From Candidatus Hermodarchaeota archaeon (GTDB taxonomy: Archaea; Asgardarchaeota; Lokiarchaeia; Sigyniarchaeales; SOKP01), in the NCBI GenBank assembly GCA_048885925.1, contig JBHLLG010000045.1, forward strand, positions 1-23,092: a stretch of DNA of 23,092 bases, in the 5' to 3' direction. Below, one piece after another: positions 8,515-17,152 of the stretch; the first letter of the stretch is position 1, and each line of letters starts with the position of its first letter. The notes under the pieces were generated by a model. That model made no database searches and had not been told where the DNA came from. It worked only from the letters and a program-made list of their open reading frames with translations. A program made the translations under genes and the position numbers.

Positions 8515-9402
8515 TTATTTTAAGTTGCATTTTTCAAGCAACCCTGTTAATCTAGCTCTATGAAAATTAAGTCCTAACTCATCGGGTTCAAATCCATATG
8601 CTAGTGCCATTAATTCAGTAATGTATAAAACTGGGATTGTATACTTTATCCCTGTATACTTTTCTAAATCTCTTAATTTGCTATCAAATTGCTGGAAACA
8701 TTGAGGACAATTTACAATAAAAGCTTCTGCCCCTGCGGAGACGGCACTTTTATATTTTTGTGCAAGTATTGCCATAGCTGGTTCAGACTCAGCGTGCTCT
8801 GTTCCTGCTCCACAACATATGACTTCTGTATCATATTCAACTGGAGTTGCTCCTACTGCTTGTACCAATGCTCTTAATTTTATTGGTTTCATAGGATCGT
8901 CAGTCTGTACCTTATCCGAAGGTCTCATATAATGACAACCCGTATGACATGCTACTTTTAACGCTGATAAGTCATTGACTACATGACTATTTATTTTCTC
9001 TTTTCCAATTTCGTATAAGACCTCAACAAAGTGGCGTACATTGATAATTCCCTTATATTCTTTGCCAATTTTTCTCAGTATCTCATTAGTCTTGTGTCTT
9101 CCATGATCATCGTGCTTCAACTCCTGATTAACTAATTTAAGGGTTTGAAAACATCCATTGCAAATACTCATAATATCTTTGCCTTCTGCCTCAGCAATTG
9201 TAAGATTATATGCACCTAAAGTTAACCAACTTAAATGATCGGTTGAAGCTTGACCAACAGGATCTGGACAGCACGCAAATGGTGCATCAGATATTTTAAT
9301 CCCTAATTTATCGAATACCTTTCTTGCAGATGCCTCTAAAAACGGAACTCTATTCCCAATAAAACAACCAGGGAAAAATTTGAATTCATTTACTTTAGCC
9401 AT
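8515..9402 (-). CDS. hdrB: Heterodisulfide reductase subunit B (divergent copy 1)
   Basis: Two complete CCG domains: PGC..CCPDP..CNGC and HTGCH..CCGAG..CPQC. Confidence 0.92.
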   Translation of the reverse strand: MAKVNEFKFFPGCFIGNRVPFLEASARKVFDKLGIKISDAPFACCPDPVGQASTDHLSWLTLGAYNLTIAEAEGKDIMSICNGCFQTLKLVNQELKHDDHGRHKTNEILRKIGKEYKGIINVRHFVEVLYEIGKEKINSHVVNDLSALKVACHTGCHYMRPSDKVQTDDPMKPIKLRALVQAVGATPVEYDTEVICCGAGTEHAESEPAMAILAQKYKSAVSAGAEAFIVNCPQCFQQFDSKLRDLEKYTGIKYTIPVLYITELMALAYGFEPDELGLNFHRARLTGLLEKCNLK

Positions 9403-9415
9403 TGTTTTTATTCTC

Positions 9416-9916
9416 TTATTCTTTTTTTATTAGTTTAATTAGTTTTGTTTCAGTTAAAAGTTTTTGAACATCATCTTTTGATGGATTTTGTACAATTGGA
9501 AGGCCTAATTGTTCCCTACGTCTTTCAATTGCAGGTTGGGAAGGTATTGCCTTTCCATAATCATAAATTGCCGATGCTTGGCCAATAAAATAATCTGGAC
9601 CTTCACCTCTAGCAATGCTTATATTTTTTAAAATGTAGAATACTTCAGTTAACTCAATTTTTTGTGGACATACTTCATCGCAGGTATCGCATACAGTGCA
9701 CCCCCAAATATTGAAATTTGATTCTAAACCAAACAATGAGTCCTTTAACCCTAAAAATGCATTAAGTATTAAGGGTCGAGGGCGATATCTATTATTTGTT
9801 ACCTTTGCAACAGGACATTCATCTGTACAACGATTACATTGATAACAATTTTTCAGTATGTCTTTGATATGAACATCCATTACTCTTTTTTTAAATTCAT
9901 AATCTATAACAACCAT
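9416..9916 (-). CDS. hdrC: Heterodisulfide reductase subunit C (copy 1)
   Basis: CYQCNRCTDECP and WGCTVCDTCDEVCP motifs; directly upstream of hdrB. Confidence 0.9.
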   Translation of the reverse strand: MVVIDYEFKKRVMDVHIKDILKNCYQCNRCTDECPVAKVTNNRYRPRPLILNAFLGLKDSLFGLESNFNIWGCTVCDTCDEVCPQKIELTEVFYILKNISIARGEGPDYFIGQASAIYDYGKAIPSQPAIERRREQLGLPIVQNPSKDDVQKLLTETKLIKLIKKE

Positions 9917-9947
9917 ATTAGGTTCACATTACTATAATTCTAATATA

Positions 9948-11348
9948 TTATTCATTTTCCATTTTATCATGATATTTATGCCCTAAAGTACTTGCTGCTA
10001 ATGTAAATCGATTAAACAACCCTGCTGGATCTTTAATCGTATTCATTATCTCTTCAAGGTCCTTATCTTTACAAAGAGAACCTAAAGTACTAATAAATTT
10101 AGCTCCTTGGTCTTTAATTCCTGTCGCAGCCCCAAAGCATCCCAAGCAAGGAGCGTTTGCTTTATTCGGGCATATTGTTCCGCAACCTGCTTGTGTCACT
10201 GGTCCTAAACAAACATAACCTTGCTCTAAAAAGCAAATATCCATAGTTGGTAAACCTTCATAATCACGTTTTAATTGAGATGGTATTTTATCTGCAATTT
10301 CTCTATCACAGTGGCTACATACTGTTTTAGTACTAAATTTAAAGTTAGGATCATCTTTCAAGAGATATAAAAAAGTACCAATTAAATTATCTATGATTGC
10401 ATTTCCAGTTGGTGAAACATCTAAAGCATATTTCTTACCTTTTTTCGTCTGGATTTCTTTTATTTTGAAACTTTCAGGTTCATATGCTAATCTTTGGATT
10501 AGATCTCCACGAAAATAAAAATTCGTAAGATTTGATGCTCCTAAATATAAATCAAGGAAATGTTGAAGGCTAGAAGCTTGTTCTGGTGATAAAACAACTA
10601 TCTCTTCAAATATATCTTTCAATTGATTTGCTTTTTCACCTAAATTGTCTGTTGGTTTGAAACATCCGTAGCAAATATCACCATCGTTTGGACACATTAA
10701 ATCACATCCCGCAGCCGTGATTGAACCGTAACACAACTTTCCTTCGTTCAAAAAGCAACGATCATTATTTAATTTACAAGTATCACATACACACTCTTTT
10801 TTATTAAGAGATGCTGGACTTTTTGCTACTAATGTAAGTAAATATGAAATAGCAGCGACAATATTATCAGTTGTAGGTGGACAACCAGGAATAAACATAT
10901 CTACATCAATTATATCTTTCGCATTAATTATGTAATCCTCAAATCCCGGAACATGTTCTATAGGTTCCTTTGGATCTTCAGTTGTAATCGATTCATTTTC
11001 AATAAATTTGCGTTTTACAAGTTCTTCTTTATCGTATAAATTTGCTAAACCCATTACGCTCCCATAACAAGGACAAGCTCCAAGAGCAACAATAATAGAA
11101 CACTTTTTTCTCATTAACTTTATATTATCAAGATCTTTTTTTGTTCTCACGACACCTTCAAGAAATCCTACTAAAATATCAGCTTCTGGTTTCTCTTTTA
11201 GGGACTTTTCTTTAAAGTCTACAACCGCAGGCCAATAAACAATATCTAATTGTGGTAATATTGGAAGTAAGTCAAAATGTGCATTTAAAAGACTCTGGTG
11301 ACACCCCCAGCAACTGCTTAATTGCATAAAAGCTACTTTTACTGGCAT
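9948..11348 (-). CDS. mvhG: F420-non-reducing hydrogenase small subunit (MvhG/VhuG-like), extended with a duplicated C-terminal Fe-S module
   Basis: SSCWGCH, EG, GACPCYG and IPGCPP motifs. Then VCDTC..CFLNEGKLCYGSITAAGCDLMCP....CYGCF and a second VCSHC..CFLEQGYVCLGPVTQAGCGTICP.....CLGCFG. ATG at 11348 (TTG 11357 is an alternative). Confidence 0.88.
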   Translation of the reverse strand: MPVKVAFMQLSSCWGCHQSLLNAHFDLLPILPQLDIVYWPAVVDFKEKSLKEKPEADILVGFLEGVVRTKKDLDNIKLMRKKCSIIVALGACPCYGSVMGLANLYDKEELVKRKFIENESITTEDPKEPIEHVPGFEDYIINAKDIIDVDMFIPGCPPTTDNIVAAISYLLTLVAKSPASLNKKECVCDTCKLNNDRCFLNEGKLCYGSITAAGCDLMCPNDGDICYGCFKPTDNLGEKANQLKDIFEEIVVLSPEQASSLQHFLDLYLGASNLTNFYFRGDLIQRLAYEPESFKIKEIQTKKGKKYALDVSPTGNAIIDNLIGTFLYLLKDDPNFKFSTKTVCSHCDREIADKIPSQLKRDYEGLPTMDICFLEQGYVCLGPVTQAGCGTICPNKANAPCLGCFGAATGIKDQGAKFISTLGSLCKDKDLEEIMNTIKDPAGLFNRFTLAASTLGHKYHDKMENE

Positions 11349-11930
11349 TTTTTTCAATATTTTTTTCTATTTTAATTTCTATTAATAAATTTATAATTTA
11401 TTAAAAATTTGTTCATTAACTATAATAATATTCAATTAAATGATCAGAATAATCCATAACAAAAAAAATAAGTAAGAAAATAATATATTGACTATATTAT
11501 ATACTCAGTAATCTTTTCTTTCCATAAACTATTAAAAATTATATATAGATTAGCTCTCATTTATTATTTTTCTAAAGAATAAATTAAAACAAATGACTTA
11601 AAGTCAAAATTGTCTTTTCGAAATTTTTATTAAACTCCAAATTAAATAAAAATTTTTTTCAAATATGATCATAATTATAGGAAAGGATAATTTAATCTAG
11701 TTTTTTGACTAATTTAACAAATAGAAATTAGAAAGTATATCGATAAGTTAAATTTTGATGATTTTTAGTAACATATTCTGTTTTATGTGATCGATTCTCG
11801 ATTTTTCCCTCCAAAAATTAAATGGTTTACGTAATATTTTTTATGTCTAAGGACGGAATCCGTCATTTCAAGTTCGAGGATTTACATTTTTGTACTTCAT
11901 ATGATCACAGATTTGGCGAAAAACAGCATC

Positions 11931-11939
11931 TTTATATAT
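11931..11939 (+). promoter_or_regulatory. Candidate TATA box for the plus-strand hdr operon
   Basis: TTTATATAT preceded by an A-rich stretch, upstream of the AAGGAGG ribosome-binding site at about 12000-12006. Confidence 0.4.
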
Positions 11940-12017
11940 TTAAATTTACTTATATTAATTGGGTTTAAAACTGCAACAATTTTAATTAAAAAGTTTCCAA
12001 AGGAGGAAAATAAACTA

Positions 12018-12182
12018 ATGTTGGTTTCAAAAATAATCTTAAAAAATGAGAAATTTAATGATTGTCCACTCTGTGGAGCAAAAATTGAATTAATTTTTGA
12101 AGAAGATGAGAAAATAAACGCATCTAAAAAAGAAATCTCTGAACTTGAAAAAATTAATGAAGCAGATTGGCTCTTACCCTAA
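12018..12182 (+). CDS. Small (54 aa) CPxCG-motif protein leading the hdrCBA operon
   Basis: Strong AAGGAGG Shine-Dalgarno before ATG 12018. Translates MLVSKIILKNEKFNDCPLCGAKIELIFEEDEK...EADWLLP. The longer ORF-track start (11901) crosses a TATA-like region. Confidence 0.65.
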   Translation: MLVSKIILKNEKFNDCPLCGAKIELIFEEDEKINASKKEISELEKINEADWLLP

Positions 12183-12244
12183 CTATAAGAAGAATATAAA
12201 GACACTTTAAATAAAAATCTTTAAGGTAAATTGAGATAAAAGTA

Positions 12245-12826
12245 ATGACTAAAAGCTGGAATAGTTATATCAAAAGACAAACTTATACAACCATCAACTC
12301 TGATATACAACACAAGTTTAAAGGCATGGGACTAGAAATTCTTCGTTCTTGTATAAATTGTGGGACGTGTACAGGAAGTTGTCCATCAGGAAGGAGAACA
12401 GCATTACGTACGCGATCTTTAATCCGAAGAGCCTTAATTGGCGATGAAAGTATTTTAAATGAAATCGACTTATGGTTTTGCTCAACATGCTATACCTGTT
12501 ATGAGCGGTGTCCCCGAGCCATCCCTATTACAGATATACTACTAAAATTAAGAAATTTAGCAGTTGAGAAAGGCAAAATATTAGATTCTCATTTCAATTT
12601 ATGTGAATTATTTTATGACACTGGTCATGGGGTTCCAATAAATGCTCCTGATCATCAACGATGGCGAGATTTACGCAAATCTTTAGATCTACCTGAATTA
12701 CCTCCAACAGTCCATTCTTTTCAAAAAGAACTTAAAGAATGCCAAACGATTATGGAATTAAATGGATTTAAAAGGTTGTTAGATAACTTAAGAGCCCAAA
12801 AAGAAGAAGAGATAATGCTTGCTTAG
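12245..12826 (+). CDS. hdrC: Heterodisulfide reductase subunit C (copy 2)
   Basis: CINCGTCTGSCPSGRRT, WFCSTCYTCYERCPR, TGHGVPIN and PPTVH motifs. Confidence 0.95.
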   Translation: MTKSWNSYIKRQTYTTINSDIQHKFKGMGLEILRSCINCGTCTGSCPSGRRTALRTRSLIRRALIGDESILNEIDLWFCSTCYTCYERCPRAIPITDILLKLRNLAVEKGKILDSHFNLCELFYDTGHGVPINAPDHQRWRDLRKSLDLPELPPTVHSFQKELKECQTIMELNGFKRLLDNLRAQKEEEIMLA

Positions 12827-12864
12827 TTAACATATTTATTAAATATAGACAGAGGTGAAAAAGA

Positions 12865-13821
12865 TTGGGCTTTAGAAAAAGATGGAGCTATGGATTTTTT
12901 TTGGGTTGTATAATACCAAACAGATATCCTATGATTTCTGCTAGTATAAGAGAAACTTTTAATATTCTTGGTGCTAAATTATATGAACTGAGAGGTGCAT
13001 CATGTTGTCCAGCCCCAGGAGTTTTTAAAAGTTTTCATAATCCTACTTGGGAAATGATCGCAGCTAGAAATTTAACTATAGCAGAAGAATTAGGAGTAAA
13101 TATTGTAACGGGATGCAATGGATGCTATAGTACATTAAGAGATGCTTGGTATGAATTTCAACACAATCCAGAGAAGAAAAAAACAGTAAATGAAGTTCTT
13201 TCTAAAATTGGTCGAGAATTTAAGGGTACTCATGTACCAAAGCATATTGTTGAAGTCCTATATCTAGATATGGGAAAGGATTACATAAGTGATTACATTA
13301 AATTTAAATTTAACAACTTGCGTTGTGCCGTTCATTATGGATGTCATCTTGTTAAACCAAGTGAGAAACGTCCTTGGAATGGAAAATGTGAACGTCCCAG
13401 ATTCCTAGATGAGATTGTTGAATTAACAGGTGCCGCAAGTATTGATTACACAGATAAATATATGTGTTGTGGGGCGGGAGGAGCTGTTCGAACTGCAGTA
13501 AAGGAAGTTTCTGCGGATTTTACCCGTGAAAAATTAATAAATATGCGAGATGCGGGAGTAGATGTCATCATAACAGCATGTCCATTCTGTCATATGCAAT
13601 TTGATTTAGGACAAGTTGAAGTAAATAACATTTATCAAGATATAATTGGTGAACCATTCAAAATTCCAGTTATTTATATTACACAATTATTAGGACTGGC
13701 AATGGGGATTAATCCTTATAAATTAGGATTAATAAAAAACCCTGATTTAGAAGGTGTAACACCATTTATATCTATTAACCCCTTTTTAAATATTATTAAA
13801 AATAATTTTGTTATAAAATAA
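12865..13821 (+). CDS. hdrB: Heterodisulfide reductase subunit B (copy 2)
   Basis: FLGCIIPNRYP, GASCCPAPGVF, CNGCY, HYGCH, CCGAGG and CPFCH motifs. TTG start after a GAGGTGA Shine-Dalgarno. Confidence 0.95.
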   Translation: MGFRKRWSYGFFLGCIIPNRYPMISASIRETFNILGAKLYELRGASCCPAPGVFKSFHNPTWEMIAARNLTIAEELGVNIVTGCNGCYSTLRDAWYEFQHNPEKKKTVNEVLSKIGREFKGTHVPKHIVEVLYLDMGKDYISDYIKFKFNNLRCAVHYGCHLVKPSEKRPWNGKCERPRFLDEIVELTGAASIDYTDKYMCCGAGGAVRTAVKEVSADFTREKLINMRDAGVDVIITACPFCHMQFDLGQVEVNNIYQDIIGEPFKIPVIYITQLLGLAMGINPYKLGLIKNPDLEGVTPFISINPFLNIIKNNFVIK

Positions 13822-13822
13822 A

Positions 13823-15820
13823 ATGGTGGAAGCTACCAAAAAAATATATATAACTGGCAATGAAAAACCAAAAATTGGAGTTTATATTTGTCATTGTGGT
13901 GTAAACATTGGAGGAGTAATTTCTGTACAAGATTTAGTAGATTACACTTTAACCCTTCCTGATGTAAATATAGTTCGGGAATATAAATTTTTCTGCTCAG
14001 AAGTGGGCCAGAATATAATTAAAGAGGATATTCAATCAGGATTAGTTAATAGAGTTGTTGTTGCTGCATGTTCTCCTCGAATGCACGAATCTACTTTTAG
14101 AATAGTATTAAAAGAAGCAGGCTTGAATCAATTTTTGTTCGAACAAGCGAATATAAGGGAACATTCTACATGGGTTCACATGAGAGAACCAAAAGGTGCT
14201 TATGAAACCGCTAAAGACCTAATTAGAATGTCTGTAGCAAGATCAAGAAAATTACAACCCTTAGAAGTTACAACTGTCAAAGTTGAACCAGCTTGTTTAG
14301 TGGTTGGAGCTGGCATTTCTGGAATGAATGCAGCATTAGATCTTGCAAATGAGGGATATAAAGTATATCTAGTTGAGAAATCTGCAACAATAGGAGGTCA
14401 TATGGCTCAATTGGATAAAACCTTTCCTACAATGGATTGTAGCGCATGCATTTTAACACCTAGGATGGTAGATATTGCTAGAAATGAAAATATTGAGTTA
14501 TTTACATATTCAGAAATAATAGATATTAAGGGTTATATCGGAAATTTTGAAGTTACTATTAATAAAAAGCCGCACTATATTGATCAAAACAAATGCACAG
14601 GATGCGGAATATGTGTTGATTTTTGCCCTACTTATTGTGATAATGAATTTGATCTTGGTTTATCTTCAAGAAAAGCAATATATATTCCATTCCCCCAAGC
14701 AGTTCCAGGAAAATATACAATTGACATTGATCATTGTATAAAATGCGGGATTTGCGCAAGAAAAGATGTTTGTGAACCTGAAGCTATAAATTTTGATGAC
14801 AAACCTGAATATGTGGATGTGAAAGTAGGAACAATTATCATAGCAACTGGGTGGGATTTATATGATCCAACAGAGCTAGAACAATATGGATATGGTAGAT
14901 ATCCAAATGTTATAACAGGACTTCAAATGGAGCGATTATTAAGTGCTACAGGCCCTTTAGCAGGAAGACCTGTTCGACCATCAGATCTTAAAGAACCACA
15001 TAATATTGCCTTTCTCCAATGTGTTGGAAGTCGAAATTTTAGAGATGGAGGAAATAAATACTGTTCTAGAGTATGTTGTATGTATGCAACTAAACAAGCA
15101 CGACAATACAAAGAAAAACATCCAGATGCTGATGTATATATCTATTACATGGACATTAGAGCTTTTGGAAAAGGTTATGAAGAATTTTACGAATCTGGGG
15201 CTGAAAATTATGGAATAAGTTACATCCGAGGTAGAATTGCTGATGTAAGGGAAGGTAAGGATCATAATATCATTATAAGAGCTGAAGATACACTGCTGCA
15301 GCAACCAATTGAAGCCACTGTTAATATGTTGATTCTTTCTTGTGGTTTGGAACCTAGCGCTGATGCTGATTTACTGACTTCTTTATTAAGGATCCAGAGA
15401 TCATCAGATGGATTTTTTATGGAAGCCCATCCAAAATTAAGACCAGTAGATACTCTAACTGAGGGGATTTTTATAGCAGGTGTCGCCCAAGGGCCAAAAG
15501 ACATCCCAGATTCTGTTGCCCAAGCCAAAGGGGCCGCATCTAGTGCTGCTGTATTAATGGCTAAAGGTGAAGTCGAAATGGAGCCATTTTCTGCTATTGT
15601 ACGACCAGAGCGTTGTATAGCATGCGGAATGTGTGTTGAAATTTGTTCGTATAACGCTATTGAATTGATCAATGGTACAAGGTTAAGTAAAGTGGCTTTT
15701 GTTAATCCAGCATTATGTAAAGGGTGTGGTCTTTGTTCAGGTAATTGTAGATGTTCAGCAATAGATATTTTCGGATTTACTAATGAACAAATCTATTCTA
15801 TGATAACTAAAAGGTTGTAA
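13823..15820 (+). CDS. hdrA: Heterodisulfide reductase subunit A (FAD/Fe-S), plus-strand copy
   Basis: GVYICHCGVNI, AACSPRMHE, GAGISG, LDKTFPTMDCSAC, inserted ferredoxin domain, CVGSR..YCSRVCCMY, GPKDIPD, and C-terminal ferredoxin motifs. Confidence 0.97.
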   Translation: MVEATKKIYITGNEKPKIGVYICHCGVNIGGVISVQDLVDYTLTLPDVNIVREYKFFCSEVGQNIIKEDIQSGLVNRVVVAACSPRMHESTFRIVLKEAGLNQFLFEQANIREHSTWVHMREPKGAYETAKDLIRMSVARSRKLQPLEVTTVKVEPACLVVGAGISGMNAALDLANEGYKVYLVEKSATIGGHMAQLDKTFPTMDCSACILTPRMVDIARNENIELFTYSEIIDIKGYIGNFEVTINKKPHYIDQNKCTGCGICVDFCPTYCDNEFDLGLSSRKAIYIPFPQAVPGKYTIDIDHCIKCGICARKDVCEPEAINFDDKPEYVDVKVGTIIIATGWDLYDPTELEQYGYGRYPNVITGLQMERLLSATGPLAGRPVRPSDLKEPHNIAFLQCVGSRNFRDGGNKYCSRVCCMYATKQARQYKEKHPDADVYIYYMDIRAFGKGYEEFYESGAENYGISYIRGRIADVREGKDHNIIIRAEDTLLQQPIEATVNMLILSCGLEPSADADLLTSLLRIQRSSDGFFMEAHPKLRPVDTLTEGIFIAGVAQGPKDIPDSVAQAKGAASSAAVLMAKGEVEMEPFSAIVRPERCIACGMCVEICSYNAIELINGTRLSKVAFVNPALCKGCGLCSGNCRCSAIDIFGFTNEQIYSMITKRL

Positions 15821-15957
15821 GAGCCAAAGTGATTCTGAAAACTTAAGTAATAATTTATTTTTTAATTAGGGGCGAAAATTAGTTTTTTTTAAATAGGAAA
15901 TTTTATCACTACCTATAAGAAAATTTTAGAAATATTGATTGAGAATATACGAATTTA

Positions 15958-15979
15958 ATTTAGAATTAAAGTTCTAAAT
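15958..15979. terminator. AT-rich hairpin between the convergent hdr operons, possible terminator
   Basis: ATTTAGAAT-TAAA-GTTCTAAAT in the intergenic gap between convergent genes. Confidence 0.3.
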
Positions 15980-16037
15980 CAATTTGAAAGAAATAATTAA
16001 AAAATAAGGATTTTTAACATAGATTTAAATTTACACT

Positions 16038-16709
16038 TTATCCTTGTAGACGTTTAATGAGATCTGGCCAAAAAATCTCTTTATATTCCCCAGAATAATT
16101 TACTTTTTCAATATTAACAGTTATTGCTTGTTTTGAACAGGATATTTCGCATGTGCCACACTTGATACATTTTGATGCATCTAAATCGACTTTTATATTT
16201 TTACCTAGCTCATTTTGACGTTCAGCCTTAAAAAAAGCACCTGTAGGGCAAACTTCGAAACATGACATACATGAGATACACAGATTCCAATCAACTATGA
16301 TATTACCTTCAACATAAACTTTTGCCTTTAGAGCAGCTTTTTTGCAATCAATTATTTTATATTCTAGTTTTGGTAGGACTTTTTTTTGAACAATCAAAAT
16401 ATCTTCTAAAGCAACTGGATTTCCGTTTTTTTTCAAGGTAATGGCAGAAAAAGGGCACATATAAACGCAAGTTCCACAATACGAGCATAATGTCGCATCT
16501 GGGATTTCTGGCAGCAAATCAGTTGTTTTTACTCTCACTTTTCCATGGTGGGTTTGTATAATAGCACTTTTAGGACAAACTTTTACACAAGTTGAACATC
16601 CTACGCAGAGATCTTTGCTGAATTCAATCGCTTGATTTTTTGTATAAAAATTTAGGATGATTTCATTAACTTGATCGTTAATAATTCTCTCAATTCTTGG
16701 ATATGACAT
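16038..16709 (-). CDS. Polyferredoxin with four [4Fe-4S] motifs, FwdF-like
   Basis: CVGCSTCVKVCP, CSYCGTCVYMCPFSAITLKKNG, CISCMSCFEVCP and CIKCGTCEISC. AAGGAGGT Shine-Dalgarno inside the mvhD 3' end. Confidence 0.85.
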   Translation of the reverse strand: MSYPRIERIINDQVNEIILNFYTKNQAIEFSKDLCVGCSTCVKVCPKSAIIQTHHGKVRVKTTDLLPEIPDATLCSYCGTCVYMCPFSAITLKKNGNPVALEDILIVQKKVLPKLEYKIIDCKKAALKAKVYVEGNIIVDWNLCISCMSCFEVCPTGAFFKAERQNELGKNIKVDLDASKCIKCGTCEISCSKQAITVNIEKVNYSGEYKEIFWPDLIKRLQG

Positions 16710-16714
16710 TTATT

Positions 16715-17152
16715 TTACCTCCTTAGTCTTTTTTCTTCTTTGATTGGATTAGGACCTAATTCTTTGATTTCTTCTACATATTCTTTGACAATTTCTGTTA
16801 ACTCAGCACCTTCAGAAGCAGATACGAATGTGTATTTCACTCTCTTAGGATTAATTCCAAATTGTTTTAAATATAAGTGTAAAAGTGTCATTTTTTGTAT
16901 TGTTTTAAGATTCCCTTCTACATAATGACAATCTCCTGGGTGGCAATGACTTACCATCACCCCATCAGCTCCATTCATAAGGGCGTTAAGAATATATTGA
17001 GGATCGACTCTACCCCCACACATTACTCTTATGATTCTTAAATTAGCTGGTCGTTGCATTCTTGATGTTCCTGCACCGTCAGCACCCGCGTAAGAGCACC
17101 AATTACAAAAAATTCCTAAAATATATGGGTCAAACGTTTCCAGAGTACTCAA
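16715..17152 (-). CDS. mvhD: Hydrogenase iron-sulfur subunit MvhD ([2Fe-2S] adaptor of HdrA)
   Basis: FCNWCSYAGAD.AG, RVMCGGRVDP, GADGV...CHPGDCHY..GN and SASEG motifs. The TTG start overlaps the hdrA TGA stop. Confidence 0.96.
   Translation of the reverse strand: MSTLETFDPYILGIFCNWCSYAGADGAGTSRMQRPANLRIIRVMCGGRVDPQYILNALMNGADGVMVSHCHPGDCHYVEGNLKTIQKMTLLHLYLKQFGINPKRVKYTFVSASEGAELTEIVKEYVEEIKELGPNPIKEEKRLRR

Noticed and set aside
11843-11968. 41-codon plus-strand ORF MSKDGIRHFKFEDLHFCTSYDHRFGEKQHLYIFKFTYINWV
   Set aside because: No Shine-Dalgarno or motif, and it crosses a likely TATA box.
11901-12017. N-terminal 39 aa of the 93-aa track ORF, which looks like a transmembrane segment
   Set aside because: It is AT-rich promoter-like DNA; the clear AAGGAGG site points to ATG 12018.
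15821-16037. Possible SECIS downstream of hdrA or mvhD
   Set aside because: No convincing AUGA..GA stem was seen, and these genes have no in-frame UGA.
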